DNA of 64,000 bases from Callorhinchus milii (taxonomy: Eukaryota). The position numbers and the translations under genes are program-made. The stretch spans positions 108,936,001 through 109,000,000 of the forward strand of contig NW_024704743.1 in NCBI RefSeq assembly GCF_018977255.1. The letters are read 5' to 3'. A model generated the notes under the pieces. That model had not been told where the DNA came from and did not search any database. It saw only the letters and a list, made by a program, of their open reading frames with translations. Shown here one piece after another: positions 24,247 to 36,600 of this stretch. Position 1 is the first letter of the stretch. Each line of letters starts with the position of its first letter.

Positions 24247-24761
24247 TAGCTTCATTTAAATTGGCTAGATATTATCACATGTGTGGAAAATAGTCCAGGC
24301 TCATTATTAAATCACAAGGCATAGATAAATGTCAATATGTTGTAGTATATTCCTCCAACAAATATACGGTCAATTCACTTTACAGTCTATTCTGTGAAGC
24401 GCTTTGAGACATCGAGAAGACGTGAAAAGCGCTATATCAAATGCAAGGATTATTATTTATTATCATAGAATTGCAGAACACTGGTTTGTTCCTATCATAT
24501 TCTATATGGATGAGATGCACAGAATATCTGAGATCCAATCCCACATGCTACTTTAGTAGAATTTCATGTAGCTGGCTCATGATCTGTATCAGCAACTGGT
24601 CTGCCCTCTCGGTTGAAAGTGGTCTGTGTTATGAGTAAGGGAGGAAAAAAACGTGGGAGCATTGGAATAAAATCTAGGAGAAACTGATCTACAATTTTTC
24701 CTCTTTGGCTACAGTTACATCCTACATTTTTTAAATGTGGTTTGTACAACTTGTACTTCTA

Positions 24762-25310
24762 CAACAACAAGATTACATTTGTATAGCGCCTTTCATGTCG
24801 GGAGGACGTCCCAAGGTGCTGGACAGTGTACAGAATGTCAGACCCAAGCTGGGGTCAGGTGGTGGGAGGGGAGGGAAAGGGGGGTGGCTGATGGCATGCT
24901 AGAAGAGGTCTTGAGGCGGGACTTGAAGGAGGCTAAGGAGAGGGCGAGGCGGAGTGTTTGGGGGATGGAATTCCAGAGGTTGGGGGCCAAGTGGCTGAAG
25001 GTTCTCCCGCCAATGGTGGGGCGGCGGACGTGGAGCAGGCCGGAGTCGGCTGAGCGGAGGGAGCAGGCAGGTTGGTAGGGGGTTAGGAGGTCACAGAGGT
25101 GGGGCGAGGCCATGGAGGGCTTTGTAGGTGAGGACCAGGATCTTGAACGGGATCTTCTTAAGGATAGGGAGCCAATGGAGTCGGGCGAGAATGGGGGAGA
25201 TGGGGTCACAAAGTTTGGTGCGGGAGAGGACACAGGCTGCAGAGTTCCGTATTATCTACAGCCTCCGTATTATCTACAGCCTGTGGAGGGAGGAATTGAG
25301 AAGGCCGATA
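24762..25310 (-). mobile_element. L2-like LINE 3' fragment
   Basis: ORF 24838..25233 (LRSADSGLL...GGRTFSHLAPNLWNSIPQ...FKSRLKT) and a (CAA)n tail. Confidence 0.88.
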
Positions 25311-25324
25311 AGCAAGTTTATGAG

Positions 25325-25580
25325 GCGAAACCTTACGCAAATTTCCTTACTATACGCCTGTTTACCTAATATTAAGTAGGATCCCAGTTGTTAGTTGATT
25401 GGCAGATCACTTTTCCGGGAGTTAATAATCCCTCCAAAAATGAATAAATAACAATTTGGTCATTCAATCCACGACTGTTTGTGGGGCACTACTGTGCAAT
25501 TGGTTGCCACATTCTGTGAAGTGCTTTGAGACATCTTGAAGACACAATAAGGTGCTATATCAAATGCAAGGATTAATGTT
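25325..25580 (+). mobile_element. SINE fragment (long variant)
   Basis: Reverse-complement similarity to 57605-57900. Confidence 0.7.
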
Positions 25581-26319
25581 TATAATAACCTGTGGGTACT
25601 TCAAACTTAAGAGAGCTCTGTCCATTAGAGGGAACTGTACAAACCTTGCTATGACAGATTGACCTTGTATCACAATTATATGCTAGGAAGAAGGCAATGA
25701 TTTAGATCTGTGATTTCAAAATACTTGTCATGTAAGGATAATGTATTTACTGTGTTGTAGATCAGTAGTTAAGACATACTGCTCTTCTGAAACCTCTGGA
25801 TGTTACCTGTGGCTATTTTCTGCTCTGGCAAGTCTTTTCCTCTATCCTCTTTCTTTTTCCTTTTTGATAGCTTTGTTCGCATTATGATTGGACTATACAT
25901 TGCACCAAATGAAGGTTAGTTATCTATGATTGTTTTGAAATTGAAACTTCATTAAACCTTTTTGTTTTTTATCTGCATAATTGTTTTCACAAAATTGATG
26001 TGTTACTTTTGAGACCAAAGTGTTTATGTCTCTGGCATACAGTTCAGGTTGAATATTTTGAGCAGGAAAAAAATGCTTTTGGACTCTGGTGGTTGGTTTC
26101 ACAAGGGTTTTTAAGTGTTTGACTTAAAATGAATTCTACTCTGGTGTGATAATATCATTGAGCTCGAGTGCTTTATATCATTGAAAGCAATGAGATGCCT
26201 TAATTTTAGCAGTTTGCTTTGTGTACTATGAATCTTGTAACTCGTCACTTGGGCTTGCACACCAGCTGTTAGAAGTTCTACTCTCCATCTAAATTTTGCA
26301 AAGTCAAACAGTGGGACTC

Positions 26320-28020
26320 AACAACAACAACAACAACAACAAAATTACATATGTATAGCGTCTTTCATATCAGGAGGAAGTCCCAAGGCGCCGGACAGAC
26401 AGAGTTTCGGACTCAAGTTGGAGGTTGGGATTGGGGAGGGTGGAGGGCAAGTGGGGAAGCAGGGCGATCGAAAGCACGGTCGAAGAGGAGGGTCTTGAGA
26501 TGGGTCTTGAAGGAGCCAAGGGAGGGTGCAAGGCTGAAGCCTTGCAGGATGGAGTTCCAGAGGGTGGGGACAGAGTGGCAGAAGACCCACCCGCCATAAG
26601 TGGGGCGAGCGAGGCCGGGGACCTGAAGCAGGCTGGAGCTCACTGAGCGGAGGGAGCTAGCAGGTTGGTAGGGCGTTAGGGGGTAGCAAAACCATTCAGG
26701 GCTTTGAAGGTGAGGACCAGGATCTTGAACTGTATCCTCCAGTGGAGTCGGGCAAGGATGGGGGTGATAGGGTCACGGAGCCTGGTGCTGGAGAGGACAT
26801 GGGCTGCAGAGTTCTGGATAATCTGCAGCCTATGGAGGGAGGAGTTGGGGAGGCCGACAAGCAGGGAGTTTGCATAGTCAAACCTCGATGTAATGAAACT
26901 GCGTGTGAGGGTTTCAGCGGCCTGCAGTGTGAGAGAGTGGCGGGGCCGGGCTATGTTGCGCAGGTGGGGGAAGGCAGAGTGGGTCATCGCACAGATGTGG
27001 GGTAGAAAGGATAGTTGAGAGTCAAACAAAATGCCAAGGTTCCAGACTGGCTTAGTAAGGTGGAGTGTGCATCCCTGGATGGTGATGCTGTCAACCCTGA
27101 GGTGTGGAGGTGCTGACAGGAACCAATCAGGAGGGCCTCGGTCTTGTTGATGTTCAACTGAAGAAAATTAGCTCTCATCCAGGACTTGAAAGACATTTGA
27201 CAGACATTCTGTCAGGACAGCAATGGTCCTGGAGTCAAGTGGAGGCAGAGAAGTAGAGGGAGCATATAGATATTGAAGAGGAGGGGATCAAGGACAGAGC
27301 TCTCAGGAACGCCACATGAGACGATGCAGGGGCTAGAGGAGAAACCGTTTGTAGAGATGAAGTGGAGGCGAGGCGGTGTGAGAGGTACGATCTGAACCAG
27401 TCAAGGACAGAGCCATGAAGGTTGATGTGAAAGGAGAGGCGGTGGATGAGGATAGAGTGGTCGAAGGTGTCAAAGGCAGCAGACAGGTCAAGGAGGCAGA
27501 GGGATCCCTGGTCTATATCTATATGCTCCCTCTTGTTGGCATTATCCGCTGACATGGGGTCAACTTCCACATGTATGGGGATGACACCCAACCATACCTC
27601 TCTGAGGAAGTCCAGCATCGCCTCACAGTTGGCATTTGAAGTGAGGATGGGCGAGGCATGAGAGGGTGGGCGGAGAAGCTGGTTGGTGATGGAGAAGAAG
27701 AGCTTGGGGTTGTCCTTGGCCTCCAAGATTGTTTTGGAGTAGAACGACGATTTAGTGGAGGAGCGGTAAGATTTGATAAGGTCCAGCCAGATCTGCCAAT
27801 GGACAGTTAAGTTTGATTTAAGTCAGGTGCGTTCAGTGTCACCCACCTGTGCTTTAAGGGAGCAGAGGTGGCCGGTGTACCATAGTGACTTGCGTGAATA
27901 AGAGATGGTTCGGGAAGAGAGGGGAGCAAGGGAATCGAGAGTGGAGGAGGGGGAGCTGTGGAGAAGAGTGACTGAGTAGGATAGGTCATTGCGGGACTCA
28001 GTGGAGTTCCATAAAGCTCT
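26320..28020 (-). mobile_element. L2-like LINE fragment with deletions and an internal inversion
   Basis: RT motifs LLDLSAAFDTFDH, FDSQLSF and SRFDYANSLL...QIIQNSAA; (AAC)n tail at 26320-26342. Confidence 0.92.
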
Positions 28021-28787
28021 GTTCCAATCACTCTCCTCTTGTTTTATTTTACATCGTACTTTCTATCTACCTTTCATTCAATCATACGATTCTGTTGCTA
28101 ATCATGTCAAAAATTTCTATCATCCTTTTCCTTCTGTTTTTAGTGAATTTCAATAATTTCTTGTGCCTTTGGTTTCAAATAAGCATTTTGTTCTTCAGTG
28201 CCTTCCACTCTGTATTTTGTTCATGTTTCTTTATCCTGAAAACATTTCCTGCTGTCCTGATGTAAGAAAGGCAAAAAAGATTTAACCATAGCTGTGAGAT
28301 ACCAGATGAGAAAATTGAACCTTCAAAATCATACCCATGACATTCACCAAAATATGGCTAATGAAGTTGGGGGGAAAAAGTACAATTAAGTCCATTGGAG
28401 ATGATCATTGTAATACAGTGAAATATGATCATATTCCTGCATGGAGACGTGTTAAAGAGACGGGTATCTCACTGATTTCCTATGCCTGTCATGTTCATTC
28501 ATGCCAAATGAAGAATATTTTAAATCTTAAAGATTATTGTAAAGAAATGTGTCCAAGATGCATTTTATTTGAATAATTGTATGGCCTATGACAGAATAAT
28601 CCTTTCACAAGTCACCTTTAAAAAATAATTGGATTTTTTAGCCTTAGCTCCAAAACATACCTTTCAACCCATTAAAATTTGTCAGCCCAAATGGCTCCAA
28701 TGCCAGGTTTTACTGTATTATGTAGGGATGGTGTTTATCTTTTTGTTCGTGAGAACTGAATAACCATTGATTTATTACATTTTATAG

Positions 28788-28918
28788 CTTTTCCATGCGT
28801 TTGGAGAAGGTGACCAGACTAATCAGAAATCAGGAGATGTGAAAGAAAGGGCCGTTGCTTCCCTTGCTGATGTCGGCTGGATTGTTGGTGATGAAGGTGA
28901 ATCATTTACAAGGTTCAT
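28788..28918 (+). CDS. MTFR1: MTFR1 coding exon 3 (LFHAFGEG...AVASLADVGWIVGDEGESFTRF)
   Basis: 131 nt, TAG acceptor, GTAAGT donor, phase 0/2. Confidence 0.92.
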
Positions 28919-29784
28919 GTAAGTTCACGTTACATTATATCCTGTGAAGTGCTTTGAGAAGTCATTTGTATCAAATGTAAGGGTTTATTATTAAATAGAC
29001 ACAATAGAAGGATGTTGACCCTATTTTTTGTAGGTTTAGATTTCAAAGGGTTTTAAAATCCCCCAAAAAATTGGCAGGAAAGCTACCACCTCTACCGTAA
29101 CAATCAAAGCTATGAGTTTACTTGCATTTCATACAATGAGCCCAACACCAATTTTAAAAACTGATTGACAATGCTAAGAGTTGATGGCGTCTGCTCATCA
29201 ATCCTAATCTCCTTGATTTTCACTAATTAACCACATGAAGTGATATTAATAATTACCTAAACGACAAGGCAAGCCCATATATTAAAAAAAATCAGAAAGT
29301 ACATACCCTGTTCTCAGTATTCATGTTGGTCACTCATTCCTTCGAGCTGATACCCAACATCCTCCTAAACAGCACACTACAGAAGCAACTGCAACTGTTT
29401 ACTGATTCCAAATAGACATGTTAATGGATGTATCCATTGTGGGGGAAGTCTAAAAGGTGCACGGCAGTAAAATGCACCAGCTATCTTATCAAATGCACGG
29501 ACATATATGTGTGCAATACAGGGAATGTAACTATTGGCAGACCAGTTTCTTCTTCTATACCAATGGTTCCCATTGTTCATCACACGCCCTAATTATATGC
29601 AAATAGTTGCTGCCACTTTAAGTGCAAAGTTACAGAATGCTGGCTAACAATTGAGCCTATAAAGGGTGGAAAATTTATACCACTATAAATGTTCCTGTTA
29701 AGCAAACCATTCCATTGATTTCTGTACAGTATAGCCTTTAACTTACTATATTACTATATTACTTCCTGTTTTCTGCACCCACAG

Positions 29785-30017
29785 ATCTGAGGTTCGACCG
29801 ATATGTGCTGAGCTTACACAGCAAACTACTCCATGTATTGCAGGATCCATTAGCAGAATCGTTTCCTCACCAAAAAATGAACTAGAACCTGCAACTCCCA
29901 CATTAGCTAATGATGAAGCACTACAAAAAATCAATGTATTGGAAAATGAACTTGCTAAATTACGAGAACAGATCGCCATGATTGTGACTATACAGGAAAA
30001 GAACAGTCTTTCAGCAG
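29785..30017 (+). CDS. MTFR1: MTFR1 coding exon 4 (SEVRP...coiled coil...NSLSA)
   Basis: 233 nt, CAG acceptor, GTAAGT donor, phase 2/1. Confidence 0.93.
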
Positions 30018-30634
30018 GTAAGTACAATGGATCTCAACCAATCCCAGCTTTGTAGCAATTATCTTTCTATAGATGTCAACAAAGGAGACCTTGAAATTCA
30101 CAAATAATCAATTTTCCATGATAGAATACATTTCCCTAATTTGTTTAAAAAAATTCTGTTCAAATATCAGTTTAAACTGCAAATATTTGGGCTAATTCTG
30201 TCAGATAGGGAATTTGGGATTGGCATTATAAAGTAAGGTAGTGCCAATCAACCATCAAGCCTTCCTATTTGTTCAGATTGCTTTATATAGCCTATGTATA
30301 TGTTATATGACAAGTATCTAAAGAAATTGATTTCCCGATTTGCCTTCTAAGCTAATTCTTGTAGAAAAGGATCTGAAGGTGCTTGAGTCAATGATATATA
30401 TATATATATATAATTGTATATAATACCATGGAGTTATAATGTTGCCTGGCTTCTCAATTTATAAATTATTTTAACTTAATTGGATAAGGTTATAGTATTT
30501 TATAAGTTGGTTTCAAGAATAAAGTGAAATAGAAAAATATGGTTTTTTTGTCAATAATATTTTGGTTAGCATGAAAAATGTGGATTACATCTAATTTGTA
30601 GGTGACTTGTAGAAGGCGAGTCAAAGGCAAATAA

Positions 30635-30922
<288 letters not shown>

Positions 30923-31059
30923 TAATTTATTTTCTTGATACCTATCTAGGATTATCCTGAAAAAAGACAATAACAGTCTCGTCTTCTCTGCCACTAACTC
31001 CCTCCTTCGCTCACCTTCCCATGCTCAACCTGTGTTCTCCTCCAACTCTAAATGCAAGG

Positions 31060-31585
31060 AGATGAAGGATTTCCTTGGGTCGAAAATCAATAGGATCCAT
31101 TCTGCTGCCCTGCCTCTCTCATGTCCTCTCCTGTACCAAGCTCAGTGAGCCTATCACACCCATCCTTGCATGGCTCGACTGGCTCCCCATCCCCAGGGGA
31201 TGGAGTTCAGGATCCTCATTCTTTTATTTAAATCTCTCCCATGTTTTACCCACCCTACCACTAGCCTCCTTCACCCTGACCAACTTGGATGTTCTCTTCT
31301 CTAAGCCACTGGCCTATTCCACTTCTTCCACTCTATCCACCCCATAATCAGCCACTTGGTATTTGCTCTCTGTAACTCCATTCCCAGGTCCCTCTAACTT
31401 GCTGCTTCCTTTCCTCCCCTCATTCAAGGCCTGCCTCTAAATGCACCTCTTTGTGCTTTCAGTCATCTTTCAGCTCCTTACCCTTTTCAGCTCCCACCTG
31501 CAATTCCAATGCCCAACCAGAATTGTCGAACACTTTGAAATGTCCTCCTGACGTAAAAGGCACCATATAAGTGTTACTTTATTGT
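31060..31585 (+). mobile_element. Degenerate L2-like 3' fragment
   Basis: PITPILAWLDWLPI motif and an L2-type 3' tail. Confidence 0.7.
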
Positions 31586-32162
31586 ACTAGTGTCTTTAAG
31601 TTCATTGAAATGTGTTTTATTTGTGGTAACTTTGACCCATTTGAGGGATTTGGATTTTAGCAGGAATTGATGCAGTTTAGAAGAGCCTGAGCATATTCAA
31701 AAAGCAGATTGCAGCCAGGCATTTGATATAAAGTTTAACCAGCCAAATGGACTTGACATAACCAAAGCAAAAGTGACAACTTACCCATATATACCATTTA
31801 GGACAGAGAATGAATATTTTGAAATGCAGGGAGAATGAAGGAGATATAAGGTAGGGATTAAAATAGTGTATTTCTCCATTCGGTTGATGAATGAATTGTC
31901 TGTCAGGTAGTGCCGGAAAATACACTTGGTTTTGATAGGATTACCCAACCTTGTAATACAAAGTCTAAGACCAATTTGCCATAGATCTGCATTTCTCTGG
32001 GAATGAAAACGAATGCAGACCCGTTTTGTTCTAATCCATTGGATTCCAACGCTATGGAGGGTTTACAATGCCAATTTTGTTTGATAGAATTTCTAAAATT
32101 ATATTGATTTACCAGTTATGATATTGAAATATGGTAATGTGAAAACTTTCTTTTCATTGCAG

Positions 32163-32331
32163 ATCAGTGAATGATTTAAAGGTCAAACCAGATCAGTCTT
32201 CAGTAGATCCAACTGCACTCATAGCGGCAGCTTTGAAACGAAAATTTGCACATCGCTACAAGAATGATAGTTGTGAAATTGAAAGCCAGTTTTCAAAGTC
32301 TGACTTCATGGAAACTGCAGAACCTCCAAAC
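32163..32331 (+). CDS. MTFR1: MTFR1 coding exon 6 (SVNDLKVKP...DPTALIAAALKRKFAHRY...EPPN)
   Basis: 169 nt, CAG acceptor, GTAAGT donor. Confidence 0.93.
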
Positions 32332-33019
32332 GTAAGTGTAATTATTTAGGGCAACTTTCAGCAGCTTGGCTTATTCAGAACCTTAGAATTACTTTAGATT
32401 TCCTTTGGTTCACAACAATTAGAAACTTTTTTTTCATTAATCGGTTTGATTTTTCCATCTTTTTGTGGAGTTTCCCTACAAAGAGACTTGAGAGCCACTC
32501 TGAAATCTCTGCAAATGCTGCTCTATAATCTGGCTGCTAGGACACATTCCAGTGACCTGGGGCAAATGGATTTTTGAGTACGATCCTTTACCGTAACTTC
32601 TGGGTGAATCTGCCAACCTTTGAATTCACAGCCTAGGCAGATACTTTGATACAGAGTTAGAGGTGTCGTCCTTCAAATGAGATGTTAAACTGAGGCCCTG
32701 TCTGCCTTTTCAGATGGATGTTAAAAGATTCAAAAAGAGAAGGCAGTTTCTCCCAGTTACTAGGCAGCAATCCCCCATATAAAATTTGTCATTGCTGTGT
32801 CTAAATTGGCTGCCATGCTTCCTACAATAATACACAATCATTTCACAGCGAATCCTGTGAAGTGCTTTGAAATGTTCTCCGGATGTGAAGCGTGCTAAAT
32901 CAACTGCAATTTTTTAAAAATGTTATCCTCTAATGTATTGTAACTTATGCTGTTTAATGGAGCAAATGGGAAATCAAGAAGCTTTGGTATAATGCTCGTC
33001 TCTTTTCTCTTTTTACTAG

Positions 33020-33079
33020 TTTGGACAGCACATGCTGAAGCCAGCAGGAAAACGGAAGTTATTGCTAGCAAAATCTTGA
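33020..33079 (+). CDS. MTFR1: MTFR1 last coding exon (FGQHMLKPAGKRKLLLAKS*)
   Basis: Long pyrimidine tract plus TAG acceptor; TGA at 33077-33079. Confidence 0.9.
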   Translation, partial: FGQHMLKPAGKRKLLLAKS

Positions 33080-33445
33080 TTAGAAGCAAAGTAAGAAGAA
33101 AGACTTTTGTAAAGAAAATAGTGTACTTATTCTCCAGAGTTTTGTTCTCCTCAGACTTCATTGCTTGAAGCTGTTACAGTAATTTTCTGTAGTTTTACAT
33201 AAGCATATATGTGTAAAATCTGGTAAAAATATGAATTTAACTTTTGCTTATTTCCTTGTGGCAGAGGATAGTATCCATATACCCACAACAGAAAACATTC
33301 CTGTAATCAATTTTTAATGTTATTACATATTTGTGTAAAGTTCCATCGGTAGCAGAAAGGAGTAACTAAGTAGATCGCCTTTAAAACCTGCTTTGTTATA
33401 AAGCGGGTTCAGTTCTAGTAATAATAAGTTCGAGTTCTAATAATA

Positions 33446-33633
33446 ATAATCCCTCAAAAAAAAAAAAAAAATTGGTCATTTTCAATCCACGACTGTCTGT
33501 GGGACATTGCTGTGCGCAATTGGCTGCCGCGTTTGCCCACAAATATAGTCATTTCACTACAGTATATTCTCTGAAGCGCATTGGGACGTCTAGAAGGCGT
33601 GAAAAGCGATATATCAAATGCAAGGATTATTAT
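33446..33633 (+). mobile_element. SINE 3' half, in the probable MTFR1 3' UTR
   Basis: Deu-like core plus the tail ATCAAATGCAAGGATTATTATT. Confidence 0.85.
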
Positions 33634-36600
33634 TGTGAATGAAGTGTGGATCCCGTTACTGGATTGCACACAACAGGCTGTCTCCTGCATTAAAATATGG
33701 CTGATGCCATTAGGTCGCTGCTAATGCCACTTCCTGGCACAGGAAACAACATAGATTGTGTCCTGACAACCCAAAGGTTGGCCAGTTTTTAGCAGAGGAA
33801 TGGCTGGCTCACAGGATTTTATGGATCCCAACTATCGTCTTATAATGAGGCTTCACTGTATTAGTTGTTTTAGACACACTCAAGTGTTTCATATTACTTT
33901 TGCTTCCGCCTTTATATTTACCATTTATTATCTACAGAATGTGTGATCAAATTACCCAGCCTTAAGTGGGTAGAAATTCAGTTGTGCACCTATCCTGAAA
34001 CAAGCACTCGTAACTGGATCCTTTTTAAAAATCAGATGATTTTAAAATTTATTATTGCATCCTTTTTGGGGTGGGAGGAGGGCAAGGTTGCTCAAAAAAT
34101 ATGTAAATGCTGAAGTAAAGGCCCTGAGGTTTGTTTCTGTGCTGAACCTACACAACTAAGATATGGAGTATTCCATACATCAGAATATCATCACCACTGT
34201 GAGCTTCAACCCCACATACCACCTTCTGATGAAAAGCCATGGAAGACATTCCCTAATCACCAAAGATAATGGAGCAGGATCTCCAGAATTTTTATCTATC
34301 CCCACCTTCCCTGCCTGGACAGTGTTCCTCACCCCACTCCAGCAGCACAGTCATCATTGGATTTCATAAATGTTTGCAATTAGTAATTGCATGTGGATAG
34401 GAATGCAAATCAAATTCAGTATTATTGTGCTGAAAAGCTAAAAAGTTTTTGAAAGGGCTTTTAAAGTGGTGCTTCACAGGATTCCGAGACTCCTGTTTTG
34501 AAGGGTGCTATATAAAGATACAAGCTATTCATATTTTACCAAAAACTGCCAGTATATTTCTAAATTGAAATTTGGTGTATTTTTTAATGTACAACTACAC
34601 TGCAGCTGTTGGTATTCCCCAACCACTTTGTCCTGGAAGTACACTACATTCTGGCTGCAAGAATTCACTAAGTATTCATCTTGGAATAAAGTGTAATTTC
34701 TCACTTATAAATATGAAAGCTGCCATTCACCAGTAACCATATGTTTTATATTGGATCGCTTATGTATTTTCTTTCATCCTCATATTTGCTATAAATATCT
34801 GTATGCATCAATATGCTTTTAAATAATTTTATTGCTTGTACAAATAACATGTAGGAGAGGTTGTTTGGACCAATCAATGCTTAACACTTCACAGAATTTG
34901 TGAAGTTAAGGGAAAGCAGAATATAATCCAATCCCTGAGAAAACAAGGAAAGAATATCTTAAAAGACAAAAACAATAGAATTGGATAGTAAGAGTTATTT
35001 GGGGAAATGTTCACAATAGGGAAAAGGTAATTTAGGTAGCCATACCAATTTCTGTTTACTCTAAGTGAAGGCCCAAAATGGGTATGAGGGATATGGAGAA
35101 AATGCAGGGAAATGGATTAAAAGATCTGTCTTAAAAGAAATTCCAGAATTGAAAATAAGGTAGATCAGCCCATTTCAGACTCCACAATTGAAGTTCTCTT
35201 CCCCTCCCATTGCTGGGAGAAATGGAGTGGTAGAACCAAAGTAGCATGCCTGTTCTTCATTTCATTCCTGTTATGTGTTCCGATACACCATCCAGCATGA
35301 AGAGTGTTACATAAATCCAAGTTGTTGTTCTTCCAGAACATGTTTTTTTTAAATCACTACACTGATATTAAATGTTTTAAAAATTGTGGCTAATACTTAG
35401 CTATCCAGCATTTTTGTTTTAGTATTTTTTTGCCTAATGTTCAGTTAATTATGCCTTCCAGTGAGATTAATTTTCTAGACCATCTGTGTAAAGTTGTTAA
35501 ATTTATAGCAAATGTTACATAATTTCACATCCTGGAAATGTGCATGAACCATTTATACCCGCCTCAAAAACTGTTAGCCTTTTCAAAATATAGGAGAAAA
35601 TGTATAAATGTTTAGTAGTCGGTCTAAAGGTTAAAGCTGGCCTGAGATTTAAAGGTTAAAGCTTAGAAAGATTGTAATGAAAAAGATCATCACAGTATTT
35701 AATCAATGGCCAGTATTTTATTCCTCAAACAGATCAATAAGCAAGTAACTGACTTCCATCTCATAGTCTAGAAACTTATCTGATCTCTGTTCTCCACCTA
35801 TTTCTGATGGCACGCCATGATTTGGATTTAATGTAGACCTGATTTTATGCCAATGGCCCATTAGTATGTTGTACCTGAACTGCCAAATCTAAAGAATAGC
35901 AATTAAACTTGATGTGATTAATTACAATCTGGCATAACATTCATTAGATGTTAAAGTCCTGTATAGCCTGGGTCACTTTCAGTTGATTACCCATCTTGGG
36001 AGGCAGAAAATGTTGGGTCAAATCCCACTACCTTCACTCAACCCTTCAACTTAAGTGATACATATTGTCTAAACGATATCCTTGGGTGGAGAGAAAGCAG
36101 GGTCCAGCTCATGTGATACCCAAGACAATTGGCTGAAAGCCAAATCACTAATGGTGGTTGCAGCTGGACAAGTGTTCTGTACTACATGATTACTGATTTT
36201 TTTCTGAATGTTAATTTCTGGCCCTACTGAAATGGTCTAAAGACAAAACAGCCAAGTAACAGAGAAGCCAGTTTTACTTTCTGAACACAGAGCATAAATA
36301 ATTCATATCGATAGTTAATTTATATAAAGTCGAAAAATCTAGAACTCAATGTCTCATCTTGCCATATCAATCCTCAATTTTGTGCAAGTGAACCTCCATG
36401 GTTTGTCACAATGTTACATTGGTTTCATTTATTGTTAAACATTTGCCAGAAACTTAAGTGTTATTAAAGCATCCTCACAAATGGTTGTTTTATTCATTTG
36501 CACAAATAAATCTTTCATCAAAATGTATTTATCTCAATAAAATTGTCAATCTCATACTGTGTTTGGAAATGTTAATTTACAAGTACTTAGCATCACCTTT

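Noticed and set aside
25247..25282. 18-bp tandem duplication (CCGTATTATCTACAGCCT x2)
   Set aside because: Ordinary slippage inside a dead L2 fragment.
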